Positions 47,765 through 57,280 of a stretch of DNA of 64,000 nucleotides are shown here, one piece after another; within the stretch, counting starts at the first letter, position 1; the number at the start of each line of letters is the position of its first letter. The notes under the pieces are model-generated. The model saw nothing but the letters and a program-made list of their open reading frames with translations, was not told the origin of the DNA and ran no database searches. A program made the position numbers and the translations under genes. The DNA lies in IMG/VR virus record IMGVR_UViG_3300025161_000004, positions 182,769 to 246,768 of that record; one strand, given 5' to 3'.

Positions 47765-47803
47765 CTAAAAGTCTTGAGGTGGGTTCGATTCCCACATGGA
47801 TCA
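47732..47803 (+). tRNA. Amber suppressor tRNA(CTA)
   Basis: GATCCAT/ATGGATC acceptor; GGACT-CTCTAAA-AGTCT; GTGGG-TTCGATT-CCCAC. Confidence 0.88.
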
Positions 47804-47932
47804 CAAAAATTTATTAAATATGATCTTAAAGATATATCACAACACCAATCGGAAGGTTGAATATGAACTGTGGGCTGTGGTGTTTTTATTTAAAAATCAT
47901 AAAAAATAACTTAACAATTTGAAACTTTTTAA

Positions 47933-47950
47933 TAACTTTGTACGTATATA
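47933..47950 (+). promoter_or_regulatory. Promoter of the amber-gated unit
   Basis: TAACTTTG at 47933-47940, then ACGTATATA. Confidence 0.65.
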
Positions 47951-47970
47951 TAAAAAAAAACAGCACAACA

Positions 47971-48324
47971 ATGAAAAGGTAGATATCTAAACTAATTACT
48001 ATAACCAGACAGGATTTACCTATTGGTTATCAAATTGCACAATGCTGCCATTCTGTTGCAGATTTTGCGTACTATCAACCAGAATTATTTAAATATTGGA
48101 GAGAAAATTCTAACTATAAAATATGTCTCTCTGTTAAAGACGAACAATCTCTAATCAAACTTCATAAAAAACTTATTGATAAAGGCGCACAAGTTGTCGC
48201 ATTTATTGAACCTGATTTACAAAATCAAATGACGGCAATTACCTTCTATGGTACTCCTGAGTATCAGAAAGTAACATCATATCTACCACTTGCAGGCAAA
48301 CAATTAAACCATAATATACTATGA
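47971..48324 (+). CDS. Pth2-like peptidyl-tRNA hydrolase with in-frame TAG at codon 4 (missed by the ORF track)
   Basis: ATG AAA AGG TAG ATA...; readthrough gives 117 aa with TRQDL..GYQIAQ..HS...W...K..LSVKDE..L...F.EPDL.NQ.TAI...YLPL. Confidence 0.8.
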
Positions 48325-48578
48325 AATAGATAGTCGATTCAAATCAGAAAGAAGTGATTGTATTCCACTTTAACAAGAAACATTTGGAGGATCCAAATAT
48401 TCCTATGTGGACAATCAAACATAAAGGTAAAACCTATTATGTACATCACTTAACAAGCTATATTGGATTTTCGACAAAAGAAACTCCAGATAATGAGCAT
48501 ACTAAAGGTAGTTTAAAATTTAAAGGTAAATTAAAGATATATGAAAAAGATAATCAGATACTTGCAGAGATAAGCTAA
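48321..48578 (+). CDS. Hypothetical protein with in-frame TAG at codon 3
   Basis: ATG overlaps the upstream TGA (ATGA); ATG AAA TAG ATA GTC... is in frame with ORF 48354-48578. Confidence 0.7.
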
Positions 48579-48586
48579 TATCTAAA

Positions 48587-48659
48587 GCAGGGATAGCCAA
48601 GAGGTAAGGCATGACACAGCAAATGTCACATTCAGGTGGTTCGAGTCCCCTTCCCTGCT
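48587..48659 (+). tRNA. tRNA-Cys(GCA)-like with A33
   Basis: TGACA-CAGCAAA-TGTCA; U73. Confidence 0.65.
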
Positions 48660-48665
48660 CGATAA

Positions 48666-48736
48666 GTCGATGTGGCTGAGTGGTTAGGCATAGGATCGCA
48701 AGTCCTATTAGATTGGTTCGATTCCAGTCATCGACT
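48666..48736 (+). tRNA. tRNA-Cys(GCA)-like with C33
   Basis: TAGGA-TCGCAAG-TCCTA; U73. Confidence 0.65.
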
Positions 48737-48880
48737 CTTTAATTAATAAAGGTATGAATTACAAGTAGGTAACAGCAAGACCACCATAATTGGTGTATTA
48801 TATCATCTTATATATGTTGTATGTAGCTCTGATGATATGAAACATGATCAATAATAAATTTAAGTTAAAAAAAAACAATT

Positions 48881-49321
48881 ATGGAAACAAAAAAAATTAA
48901 TCACATTCACGTTAGTGAATTAAATGCTGGATTAGTATATCTAACAATCGAGAACATCGAAAAATTCGCAAATAGAAATCTATATCAACTTAAAGATTGG
49001 AATAATGTAACAAACATTATCCCTACACAAATCAACACTGGTATTATAAACTTGAGCAAGAAAAAGAAGAAGAAATTGGCATCAATAATAAAAAGTATTG
49101 AAGTATCACCCACATTAAAGAAGGTGAATATCTTTCTTCATTTCTTGGTAAAGAATGTGCTTGGTTCTGATTTAACTGCTAAGGTTGTTTTAAGTGAAAA
49201 AGAAATTGCTATTCAAAAGAAAAGAGCAGAATATAAAGCATTACTTGAAAAATTGAAGCAAGTATATTCTGAATATAAGGCTGAGAAGGGTAATTTTTAT
49301 AAATTGAGATTGGGTGGATAA
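48881..49321 (+). CDS. Basic hypothetical protein
   Basis: 146 aa, Lys-rich, C-terminal coiled coil. Confidence 0.75.
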   Translation: METKKINHIHVSELNAGLVYLTIENIEKFANRNLYQLKDWNNVTNIIPTQINTGIINLSKKKKKKLASIIKSIEVSPTLKKVNIFLHFLVKNVLGSDLTAKVVLSEKEIAIQKKRAEYKALLEKLKQVYSEYKAEKGNFYKLRLGG

Positions 49322-49477
49322 TTAAACTTACGAGGATAAAAAATTTATAAAATACCACAAAAAAGTTGATCCTTCTGGTAAGTTTGTGTAATGAATAAAT
49401 GATGTTGGATTTTGTCCTGAGACAGGAAAGAGGGTGGAGAATTAGTTAATACTAAAATAGTATAAATCTTAATTATG

Positions 49478-49511
49478 AAAAGGTTAATAGAAATATTAAC
49501 CTTTTTTGTTT
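49478..49511 (+). terminator. Intrinsic terminator
   Basis: AAAAGGTTAATA-GAAA-TATTAACCTTTTTTGTTTT. Confidence 0.75.
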
Positions 49512-49563
49512 TACTTGACACATTTGTTATTATTGGTTAAATTTGTTAAAAAAATATTTGTTT

Positions 49564-49848
49564 ATGGACAAAAACGATAAACCATTAGACAATCCAGAAT
49601 TTTTAGTGGAAAATGAACCACATAAAAATGAGTTAACTAAAGAAGAAAAAGATGGTCGTATTAATGACGATAAATTAACTGAGAAAGATAGTCAAAATTT
49701 ATATGAGTCACTTGAAAAGCATGCAGAAATACTGCCACGTTATTATTTGAGTAAACCGATAAGAAATATTTCATTTAAAGAAAGAAAAATTAAAAAGAAG
49801 AAAAGAAGAATGACAAACGCATCCCGTAAAAAAAATAGAAAAAGATAA
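49564..49848 (+). CDS. Hypothetical protein with basic tail
   Basis: ATG 49564. Confidence 0.65.
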   Translation: MDKNDKPLDNPEFLVENEPHKNELTKEEKDGRINDDKLTEKDSQNLYESLEKHAEILPRYYLSKPIRNISFKERKIKKKKRRMTNASRKKNRKR

Positions 49849-49853
49849 ATTAT

Positions 49854-50216
49854 ATGGGAAAAGAGGAAGCAATAAAAGAATTTTATTGGGAAAGAATTAG
49901 AGGATTTATATCCGAAAATGATATTGATGCTCGTTGGATTCTTCGTAAATATACAGACAATAAAGCTCATGGTTCATTACGTATTGTAAGTCATCCAGAT
50001 TTGAAACCTGGGTATTTACGTGCATTCTGGACTGTTGTTACTAAGCGTAGTCCTAAAACACAACAAGAAATTCTTGAAACAATTGAAAAATATAAAATGG
50101 ATATAAAAGAACTTGAGTTGTATTCTGTTGATGAAAATATCGAAACAACTTCAAGAATAATAGAAGAACCGCTAAAAAAAATTGAAGAATTATTTGGAGT
50201 AAAAATTTTTGAATGA
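49854..50216 (+). CDS. Hypothetical protein
   Basis: 120 aa ORF in operon. Confidence 0.75.
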   Translation: MGKEEAIKEFYWERIRGFISENDIDARWILRKYTDNKAHGSLRIVSHPDLKPGYLRAFWTVVTKRSPKTQQEILETIEKYKMDIKELELYSVDENIETTSRIIEEPLKKIEELFGVKIFE

Positions 50217-50479
50217 AAATGGAAGAGAAAAATTTAACACAAGAAGAATACGATTATATTAGACCTCAACATTATAAAGAGAAAGATGGTCGTGAAACTT
50301 GGGAAGTAATGGTTGAATTATTTGGTGCTGAAAGAGTGGCAGATTGGTGCGAATTAACTGCATACAAATACAAAGCACGCATGGGTAAGAAGCCTAATGA
50401 AAGTATTGAACGTGAACAAGCTAAAATTGAATGGTATGAAAATAAAGCAAGAGAAATTAGAGAATCACTTAAAAAGTAA
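50213..50479 (+). CDS. DUF3310-family protein
   Basis: P.HY...ETWE.M......C...AYKY..R.GKK. Confidence 0.8.
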   Translation: MKMEEKNLTQEEYDYIRPQHYKEKDGRETWEVMVELFGAERVADWCELTAYKYKARMGKKPNESIEREQAKIEWYENKAREIRESLKK

Positions 50480-50513
50480 TATTTCTGATATTGTGACTAA
50501 AACAATTGATGTT

Positions 50514-51353
50514 ATGAACAGTCAATCAGAAAATGAGGATACTAAAGCTCTTAGATATAATAAAGGGAAGAACCGTCATGACTTACTTCATCCTCAAGCA
50601 ATAGAAGATTTAGTTAAAGTTCTTACGATTGGTGCTAATAAATATGCAGATCGTAATTGGGAAATGGGTATGTCGTGGTCATCCGTGCTTGCCTCACTTA
50701 AAAGACATTTAAATGAATTTGAAAAATCAAAAGATTATGATGCGGAAAGTGGGCTACTTCATATTGCACATGTTGCGGCTAATGCGCATTTTTTAAATGC
50801 ATACTATTATCTCTATCCACAAGGTGATGATAGACCTAAAAGATGGCTTGAATTACCAAGAATAGGTTTGGATATTGACGAAGTATTAGCTGATTGGTTA
50901 AATCCTTGGAGAGAGAAATTTAACATAACTAACGTTCCAAATTCATGGTATTTCGACAGAGAAATACGTCATAGATTTGAAGCACTTAGAGATCGAAATG
51001 AACTTGATGATTTTTATTTGAGTCTTAAACCATTGATAGACGCTAAAGATTTACCTTTTGAACCACATTGCTACATTACGTCAAGACCAATAGCCACTGA
51101 AACAACCATCAAATGGTTAGATCATCATGGCTTTCCTGCAAGACCAGTATTTACTGTTAACGTTGGAGAATCTAAAGTAGATGTTGCAAAGAAAGCTGGT
51201 GTGGAAATATTTATTGATGATTCATTTGATAACTTCAGGGATTTCAATAAAAATAAAATCTTTTGCTATCTATATGATAAACCACATAATAGAAGATACG
51301 ATGTTGGACATATGAGAATAAAATCGTTACATGATTTACCAATATTGAAATGA
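50514..51353 (+). CDS. dATP/dGTP diphosphohydrolase (DUF5664) fused to a HAD 5'-nucleotidase-like domain
   Basis: RYNKGK...GANKYADRNW.MG...SLKRH...D.ESGL.H.AH.AAN; GLDIDEV...FIDD. Confidence 0.82.
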   Translation: MNSQSENEDTKALRYNKGKNRHDLLHPQAIEDLVKVLTIGANKYADRNWEMGMSWSSVLASLKRHLNEFEKSKDYDAESGLLHIAHVAANAHFLNAYYYLYPQGDDRPKRWLELPRIGLDIDEVLADWLNPWREKFNITNVPNSWYFDREIRHRFEALRDRNELDDFYLSLKPLIDAKDLPFEPHCYITSRPIATETTIKWLDHHGFPARPVFTVNVGESKVDVAKKAGVEIFIDDSFDNFRDFNKNKIFCYLYDKPHNRRYDVGHMRIKSLHDLPILK

Positions 51354-51410
51354 ACTAAAAATTAATTGAATAATGAAACATTAATACAAAGATTAAAAAA
51401 AAATATAATT

Positions 51411-51752
51411 ATGGAAGACCAAATTTTAACAAAATTAAATGAAATTAATTCTCAGTTACAAGCATTGAGACAAGAAATTGAATCATTGAAGCTATCAATA
51501 TTGTATATTAAACAAGCACCCTTACCTCAAGACCCTAATGCTTGTATTGATGGATTTGGTCATGATTATCCAAGTCCTTGGTTTGGTACTATACCACCTA
51601 GGTGTAAAAAATGTGGTAAAGAATCAACTTATACAATTATTTCATATAGAAAAAGTGGAACTGGTGATGCTCCAGATTTTAATCTATTTGGTGGTAATAT
51701 GATGTATACAAATATTAATACTACACAATATGTTATTGATAATGGAAAATGA
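51411..51752 (+). CDS. Hypothetical protein
   Basis: Coiled N-terminus, C..GH...CKKCG. Confidence 0.6.
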   Translation: MEDQILTKLNEINSQLQALRQEIESLKLSILYIKQAPLPQDPNACIDGFGHDYPSPWFGTIPPRCKKCGKESTYTIISYRKSGTGDAPDFNLFGGNMMYTNINTTQYVIDNGK

Positions 51753-51769
51753 TTTAATAGCAAGAAGTT

Positions 51770-52771
51770 ATGGGAGGTAATGCATTAAAATCTGTATCCA
51801 CCAGAAGATATCAAAAAGATGAATATGAAGAAATAAAAAACGAAGTCTTATATAAATTAAATAAAAAAAATATAATCTGTCAATCGACAATCTCATATAA
51901 ATCTAAAGATTCCTTTGGCGATCTTGACATTCTTGTTCTAAAAAGGATGGATATGGATGAATTTATACCCATAGCAAGGGATATATTTCAACCCAAAGAA
52001 GAGTATCGTAACGGTAATTGTTTTACAATCAATTACAAAGAACTTCAAGTAGATTTTATTTTGATTAAACCAGAGGAATGGGATACCTCTATTGTATATT
52101 ACTCATATAATGAACTAAGTAATTTCATGGGTAGGATTGCACGTAAACTTGGATTCAGATATGGTAATTATGGATTAGCGTATACATTTCCAGAAGGTGA
52201 ACGTGTTATTGTGAGCAGAAATGTAAAAAAAATATTTACTTTCCTTGGTTTTAATCATGATAGATATCTACAGGGATTTAATACACTTGAGGATATTTTT
52301 AATTATGTTATAGATTCAGAATACTACAATAAAGAATTATTTCTCTTCAAAAATCTAAACCATCCTACTAGAGCTAGAAATATGAAAAGAAAATCATATA
52401 TACAATTTGTAGAGTATATACAAACTAAAAAAATTACTAAGGAGGATTATTCGTTTAATAATAAAGAATTTTATTTAACAATGGCATTCAATTTCTTTGA
52501 TGAGGAAGCCTTTAAGGTTAGATATGATGAAATTGTAAGCATTAAAAATCTAAAAATGAAAGCCAAAGAATTCTTCAATGGTAATTTAATAAGTCTTTAT
52601 TATCCAAATGTAGATCATAAAGAATACAGTTTTTTAATTTCAAATTATAGAAGAGCTATTGAGAAGATAATTAATTCTGATGATGAACTATGTTTTGAAA
52701 AGTATCTTATCAATATTGGCGATCCAGAACTCATTATGAATGAGTTTGGGTATATTAATAATCTGAATTAA
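51770..52771 (+). CDS. Pol-beta-superfamily nucleotidyltransferase
   Basis: MGGNA...SFGDLDILV...QVDFI. Confidence 0.75.
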   Translation: MGGNALKSVSTRRYQKDEYEEIKNEVLYKLNKKNIICQSTISYKSKDSFGDLDILVLKRMDMDEFIPIARDIFQPKEEYRNGNCFTINYKELQVDFILIKPEEWDTSIVYYSYNELSNFMGRIARKLGFRYGNYGLAYTFPEGERVIVSRNVKKIFTFLGFNHDRYLQGFNTLEDIFNYVIDSEYYNKELFLFKNLNHPTRARNMKRKSYIQFVEYIQTKKITKEDYSFNNKEFYLTMAFNFFDEEAFKVRYDEIVSIKNLKMKAKEFFNGNLISLYYPNVDHKEYSFLISNYRRAIEKIINSDDELCFEKYLINIGDPELIMNEFGYINNLN

Positions 52772-52919
52772 AGACACAAAAAAATAGAAAATGAGTTTAA
52801 GTAAAATTTTAATGAAAAAAATCCTTTAATAAAAGGGTTATACTCAACATGGATTTAACTATGCACTAATAACTAAAATCATGTCATTTTCGTATATTAT
52901 ATGAAATTAAGGAATAGAT

Positions 52920-53294
52920 ATGATAACTAAATTAATGTATTATTTTGCGATATTTGGGAAGATAGTTGTTTTTTTATTTATTTTGATGGTTATGCTAACT
53001 GCAATAATTAATCATGGTAAACCTAAGATTTCGGTACATGATAAGTTATTTGCAAGCATAATACTGCATTTGATATTAATAACATTCTATGCGATAAATG
53101 GAATATTAAATAATTTAACAATAGGTCTTATATGTGTTGCATTATTTCATCTCGTTGATATTGTTGAGACAATCCGTAAAAATGGATATGTCGAATTTAC
53201 AATATTCAATGCATATAAATCAGTACCTACTATGATATTTTATTTTATGTCATTATATTTGACTAATTTTTGGAGTCCAGTGCTCGTTTTTTAG
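52920..53294 (+). CDS. Membrane protein
   Basis: Three to four hydrophobic segments. Confidence 0.7.
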   Translation: MITKLMYYFAIFGKIVVFLFILMVMLTAIINHGKPKISVHDKLFASIILHLILITFYAINGILNNLTIGLICVALFHLVDIVETIRKNGYVEFTIFNAYKSVPTMIFYFMSLYLTNFWSPVLVF

Positions 53295-53314
53295 TGTAAT
53301 ATAACTAATCTATG

Positions 53315-53350
53315 AAACGGCACTTAATTTAAAAAGTGCCGTTTTTTTTT
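53315..53350 (+). terminator. Intrinsic terminator
   Basis: AAACGGCACT...AGTGCCGTTTTTTTTT. Confidence 0.8.
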
Positions 53351-53362
53351 ACTTCGTAAACT

Positions 53363-54223
53363 ATGCCACAGATATTAAGGAAAGGTAGTAAAAATTTGGG
53401 TATAGAAAACTGGAAGGTATATCATCCGAACGGTAAACATATGTTTACTTGTAGTGAAAGAAAAGCTGAATGGTATCTTAAAAGAAATCTTGCAGAAATT
53501 ATTGGTGAAAAGGAGATACAATTAACATTCATACCGAAAGGATATGGTTTCAGTGCTGATGAGACATTTGGTCTTTCAGGTAGAAATATTATATGTGTGG
53601 TGACAGGTAGCAAAGATGACCTTCAAAGACATCATATAGTACCGTATTGTTATAGAAAGCATTTTAAAGAAGAATATAAAAGTAAAAATCATCATGATGT
53701 GGTTTTGGTTACTTATTCTGTTCACCAGTACTATGAAACATTGGCAACTAAATTTAAAGATGAATTAGCGATTAAATATGGGGTCAGAAATCTTAATGAA
53801 GCAAACAGTATGTTCACTAAAGAAATGTCTGAATTTGCTAAAGAAAAAGTCAAATCATTAAGCGGACTACATTCAATATTCAAAGCATATGGTAAATTAC
53901 CTCAAGACAAGATAAATCAAATATTAAAGTTAGTTGCAAATACATCAGGAATGGACTTGGAGTATATAAAAAAACTTAACTATATTCAACTTTACAAGTT
54001 ATATCAAATCCTCAAAGATAGGTATAATGAGGAATTTAAAAATTTTAAAGCAAAAAAATCACTTGAATACGATCATGGATATCAAATAGTGAAACAACTA
54101 GATACTCATGAGAAAATTGAGGATTTTATAAAGATGTGGAGAAAACACTTTATTGAAACTATGAATCCACTTTATATGCCAGAAGGTTGGTCTATTGATT
54201 TTAGATGTAGAGTGGAATTATGA
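53363..54223 (+). CDS. HNH-domain protein
   Basis: KAEWYL.RNLA...CVVTG...RHHIVPYCYR...HHDVV. Confidence 0.75.
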   Translation: MPQILRKGSKNLGIENWKVYHPNGKHMFTCSERKAEWYLKRNLAEIIGEKEIQLTFIPKGYGFSADETFGLSGRNIICVVTGSKDDLQRHHIVPYCYRKHFKEEYKSKNHHDVVLVTYSVHQYYETLATKFKDELAIKYGVRNLNEANSMFTKEMSEFAKEKVKSLSGLHSIFKAYGKLPQDKINQILKLVANTSGMDLEYIKKLNYIQLYKLYQILKDRYNEEFKNFKAKKSLEYDHGYQIVKQLDTHEKIEDFIKMWRKHFIETMNPLYMPEGWSIDFRCRVEL

Positions 54224-54286
54224 TATAATTGACTTGACATCATAATTCTTGCTTAATATATTTGTATATTATTATTCATTACTGGT

Positions 54287-54718
54287 ATGAAACTATATCA
54301 AGCTCTTAAAGAAAAAAATAAAATCATTAATAAAATTAATGAATTAACCATTATAATTCAAAATAAAAATTCGACTCTTAAAACTAACCCTTCAAATTTT
54401 AATCTACATGAGATATTGGCTGAGTTAGATTCTCAAAGAGAGTTGCTTGTGTCATTAAAGACCCGTATCTACAAAACCAATATGCCTATTCAGCATAAAA
54501 TTTTTAAACTTGCAGAATTAAAAGCGGAAATTAAATTTTGGTCATCTTTGAATACTAAAGAAGGTGTTGAATTTGAACGTTTTTCAAAAGAAAAATTTGA
54601 ATATACTGCTCATTTCAACGATGTTTTTGTTCGTAATAAAAAAGAAGAACTTCAAAAGGAAATAGAAAAAATACAAGAAGAACTTGATTATTTTAATCAC
54701 GTTACCGATCTAATCTAA
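54287..54718 (+). CDS. Coiled-coil protein (DIP1984-like)
   Basis: MKLYQALKEKN...LKTRIYKTN...IQEELDYFN. Confidence 0.6.
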   Translation: MKLYQALKEKNKIINKINELTIIIQNKNSTLKTNPSNFNLHEILAELDSQRELLVSLKTRIYKTNMPIQHKIFKLAELKAEIKFWSSLNTKEGVEFERFSKEKFEYTAHFNDVFVRNKKEELQKEIEKIQEELDYFNHVTDLI

Positions 54719-54724
54719 AGGTAT

Positions 54725-54918
54725 AATTGGGTATGATGTGATAATTAGTAATTTTAAGTCGATTTCAAACACACATATATAACTATACTAAATTGATAGC
54801 CGTAGTTGGTATTAAGGTCAAAATGTAAATTTTAAGTATTCAAGATTTAAAAATAAAACTTCAAAACGCAACTATTGGAATCAGATTATTAAAATGAACG
54901 TTATCCATCAACCCAATT
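54725..54918 (+). ncRNA. Candidate structured RNA between the coiled-coil gene and thg1
   Basis: Ends pair: AATTGGGTATGATG / CATCAACCCAATT; repeated TCAA motifs inside. Confidence 0.35.
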
Positions 54919-54933
54919 TAATCATGAATTTTT

Positions 54934-55662
54934 ATGGGAAAAAATGATAGTCTTAGTGACAGGATGAAGCGTTATGAGGATACGTCACGCATATTCCTTT
55001 TAAGAAGGATGTATACCATAATACGTATTGATGGTAAGGCATTTCACACATACACTAAAGAATTAAAGAAACCGTTCGACCATGACTTAATTTATGATCT
55101 GGACGAAACAGCAAAATTCCTTTGTAGAAATATTCAGGGTTGTAAATTGGCGTATATGCAATCGGATGAAATTTCATTGGTTCTCACTGATTTTGATGAA
55201 TTAAATACTTCTGCTTGGTTTGATAATAACATTCAAAAAATTGTATCAGTGTCTGCAAGTATGGCTACATCAAAATTTAATCAAATGAGAGTGCTGAGAA
55301 ATAAAGAATTTTTAAATAAACTAGCATTTTTCGATGCAAGAGCATTTCAAGTCCCAACTAAAACTGAGGTAATTAATTATTTGATTTGGAGACAAAATGA
55401 TGCGATAAGAAATAGTGTACTATCAGTAGCACAATCATTTTACTCACATGAAGAGTTACAAGGTAAAAACATAAATCAGATGTTAAATATGATTTCCAAG
55501 ATAGGTCTTAACTGGGATAATTTACCATCTGGATTGAAAAGAGGTAGATTAATCTATAAAAGACAAGAGAATAAACGTAGTTTTTGGGATTTATTGTCAG
55601 TTACTCCATCACTAAAAGAGGATAAAGAACTAGTTAATAAAATATTACCAAATAATTTTTGA
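54934..55662 (+). CDS. thg1: tRNA-His guanylyltransferase / Thg1-like protein
   Basis: RMKRYE...IRIDGKAFH...QSDEIS...QKIVSVSAS...FDAR...WRQNDA.RNS. Confidence 0.93.
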   Translation: MGKNDSLSDRMKRYEDTSRIFLLRRMYTIIRIDGKAFHTYTKELKKPFDHDLIYDLDETAKFLCRNIQGCKLAYMQSDEISLVLTDFDELNTSAWFDNNIQKIVSVSASMATSKFNQMRVLRNKEFLNKLAFFDARAFQVPTKTEVINYLIWRQNDAIRNSVLSVAQSFYSHEELQGKNINQMLNMISKIGLNWDNLPSGLKRGRLIYKRQENKRSFWDLLSVTPSLKEDKELVNKILPNNF

Positions 55663-55665
55663 TCT

Positions 55666-56694
55666 ATGAATTTTAAGATTGACTTTGATGATTTAATTAT
55701 TGTTCCTAATATATTAACCGATATCAAATCAAGAAAAACAGTTAACCCCTATGATAAATATGGTTATTTACCATTATTTACTGCACCTATGAGTACTGTA
55801 GTTAATAGTAGTAATGCTCAACAATTCACATCCAATAATATCCATGTCGTTTTACCAAGAACAGAAAAATATAAATTCAATCAAAACTATTTTAATTCAT
55901 TTAGTTTAAATGAATTCGAAAGAGAGTTCTTAATTAAAAAATATGATGGTGATGATATAAAAATTTTAATTGATATTGCTAATGGACACATGCAAGACAT
56001 AATTAGATTAGCTAAAGAAGCGAAAAGTAAATATCTTAAAGCAAATCAAACATCTAAATTAACTATTATGGCTGGTAATATCGCTTCACCCGAAACATAT
56101 GAGCTATATTGTAAATCTGGAGCAATAGATTACGTAAGATTGGGAATAGGTAACGGTAATGGTTGTCTTACGACCCAACAGACAGGTATTGGATATCCCA
56201 TTGCTTCACTAATTATTGAGTGTAATCAAATCAAAAATAAATTTAAAAATCCCACTAAAATAGTTGCTGATGGTGGAATGAAAAAATATGCTGATATTAT
56301 AAAAGCATTGGCTTTGGGTGCTGATTATGTAATGGTAGGTTCATTGTTTAATAAAGCATTAGAAAGTGCATCACCTAACTATTGGTATAATTTTAAATTA
56401 CCTAATATTCTCGCAGAATACTTATATAAAAATGGTTATAGTATCTATAAAGAGTTTTATGGAATGAGCACCAAAAAGGCACAAAAGGAAATGGGTAATA
56501 CTCAACTAAAAACAAGTGAGGGAGTTATACGTAAACAAAAAGTAGAATATACATTGTATCAATGGAAGGATAATTTTGAATCTTATTTGAGAAGTGCCAT
56601 GAGTTATACAAATTCCCATAATTTGACTGAATTTATCGGGTCAGTAAATTATGTTCTAATCACTGAAAATTCTTTTTTAAGATATAATAAATAA
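55666..56694 (+). CDS. GMP reductase / IMPDH-family protein
   Basis: FDDLIIVP, APM, DIANGH, GIGNG.GC.T, ADGG...KALALGAD.VM.GS, LRSAMSY. Confidence 0.85.
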   Translation: MNFKIDFDDLIIVPNILTDIKSRKTVNPYDKYGYLPLFTAPMSTVVNSSNAQQFTSNNIHVVLPRTEKYKFNQNYFNSFSLNEFEREFLIKKYDGDDIKILIDIANGHMQDIIRLAKEAKSKYLKANQTSKLTIMAGNIASPETYELYCKSGAIDYVRLGIGNGNGCLTTQQTGIGYPIASLIIECNQIKNKFKNPTKIVADGGMKKYADIIKALALGADYVMVGSLFNKALESASPNYWYNFKLPNILAEYLYKNGYSIYKEFYGMSTKKAQKEMGNTQLKTSEGVIRKQKVEYTLYQWKDNFESYLRSAMSYTNSHNLTEFIGSVNYVLITENSFLRYNK

Positions 56695-56821
56695 TGTTAA
56701 TAATATAATTAATATATAATATGGAAAAAGTTGATAAAGAAGTATTAAATTTTTCTATGGTACTAACAATATTACTTGTTGTAATAATGTTGGGATGTTG
56801 GATATTTACACTTCTAAAATA

Positions 56822-57022
56822 ATGAGAAAAAATAAAATTGTTGTTATCAGTAGCTGTGAGCAATGCCCATTTTATGATTACGATGATACTTTCCACGTGC
56901 ATAAATGGGGTAGACATTGGTGTAATAAATTAGATATTGATTTAGGTAGTAATGTGGACATTATTCCAGAAGTTTGCCCATTACCAGATGAAAATGGACA
57001 AGAAAATGAGAGAAATAACTAA
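56822..57022 (+). CDS. Small Cys-rich protein
   Basis: SCEQCPFY...WC...CPL. Confidence 0.6.
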   Translation: MRKNKIVVISSCEQCPFYDYDDTFHVHKWGRHWCNKLDIDLGSNVDIIPEVCPLPDENGQENERNN

Positions 57023-57280
57023 ACTTAATATTATTATATTCAAATAATGTCGAATCAACTAAACATAATATTTAATCTACATCAAATAAATTAATAATCA
57101 ATTTAAATGTAATGATTTGGATTTTATATAATTTTGGATTTTATTGGCTATGTATTGAAAATAATACTGTATATAAGAGTTGAAATGGAAATGAACATTC
57201 TATAATATTGGATGCAATGTTGACACTATAAGTAAAATTTTAAAAAAACGCAAACCAAAATTTATTATATATTTATCACA

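Noticed and set aside
48810-48850. Hammerhead-like core CTGATGA-TAT-GAAAC
   Set aside because: Stem II is only 3 nt and no convincing stem I could be built.
49322-49450. Possible structured RNA after ORF 48881 (AAACTTAC/GTAAGTTT, GAGGAT/ATCCTT)
   Set aside because: Stems are short and could arise by chance in AT-rich DNA; no known motif recognised.
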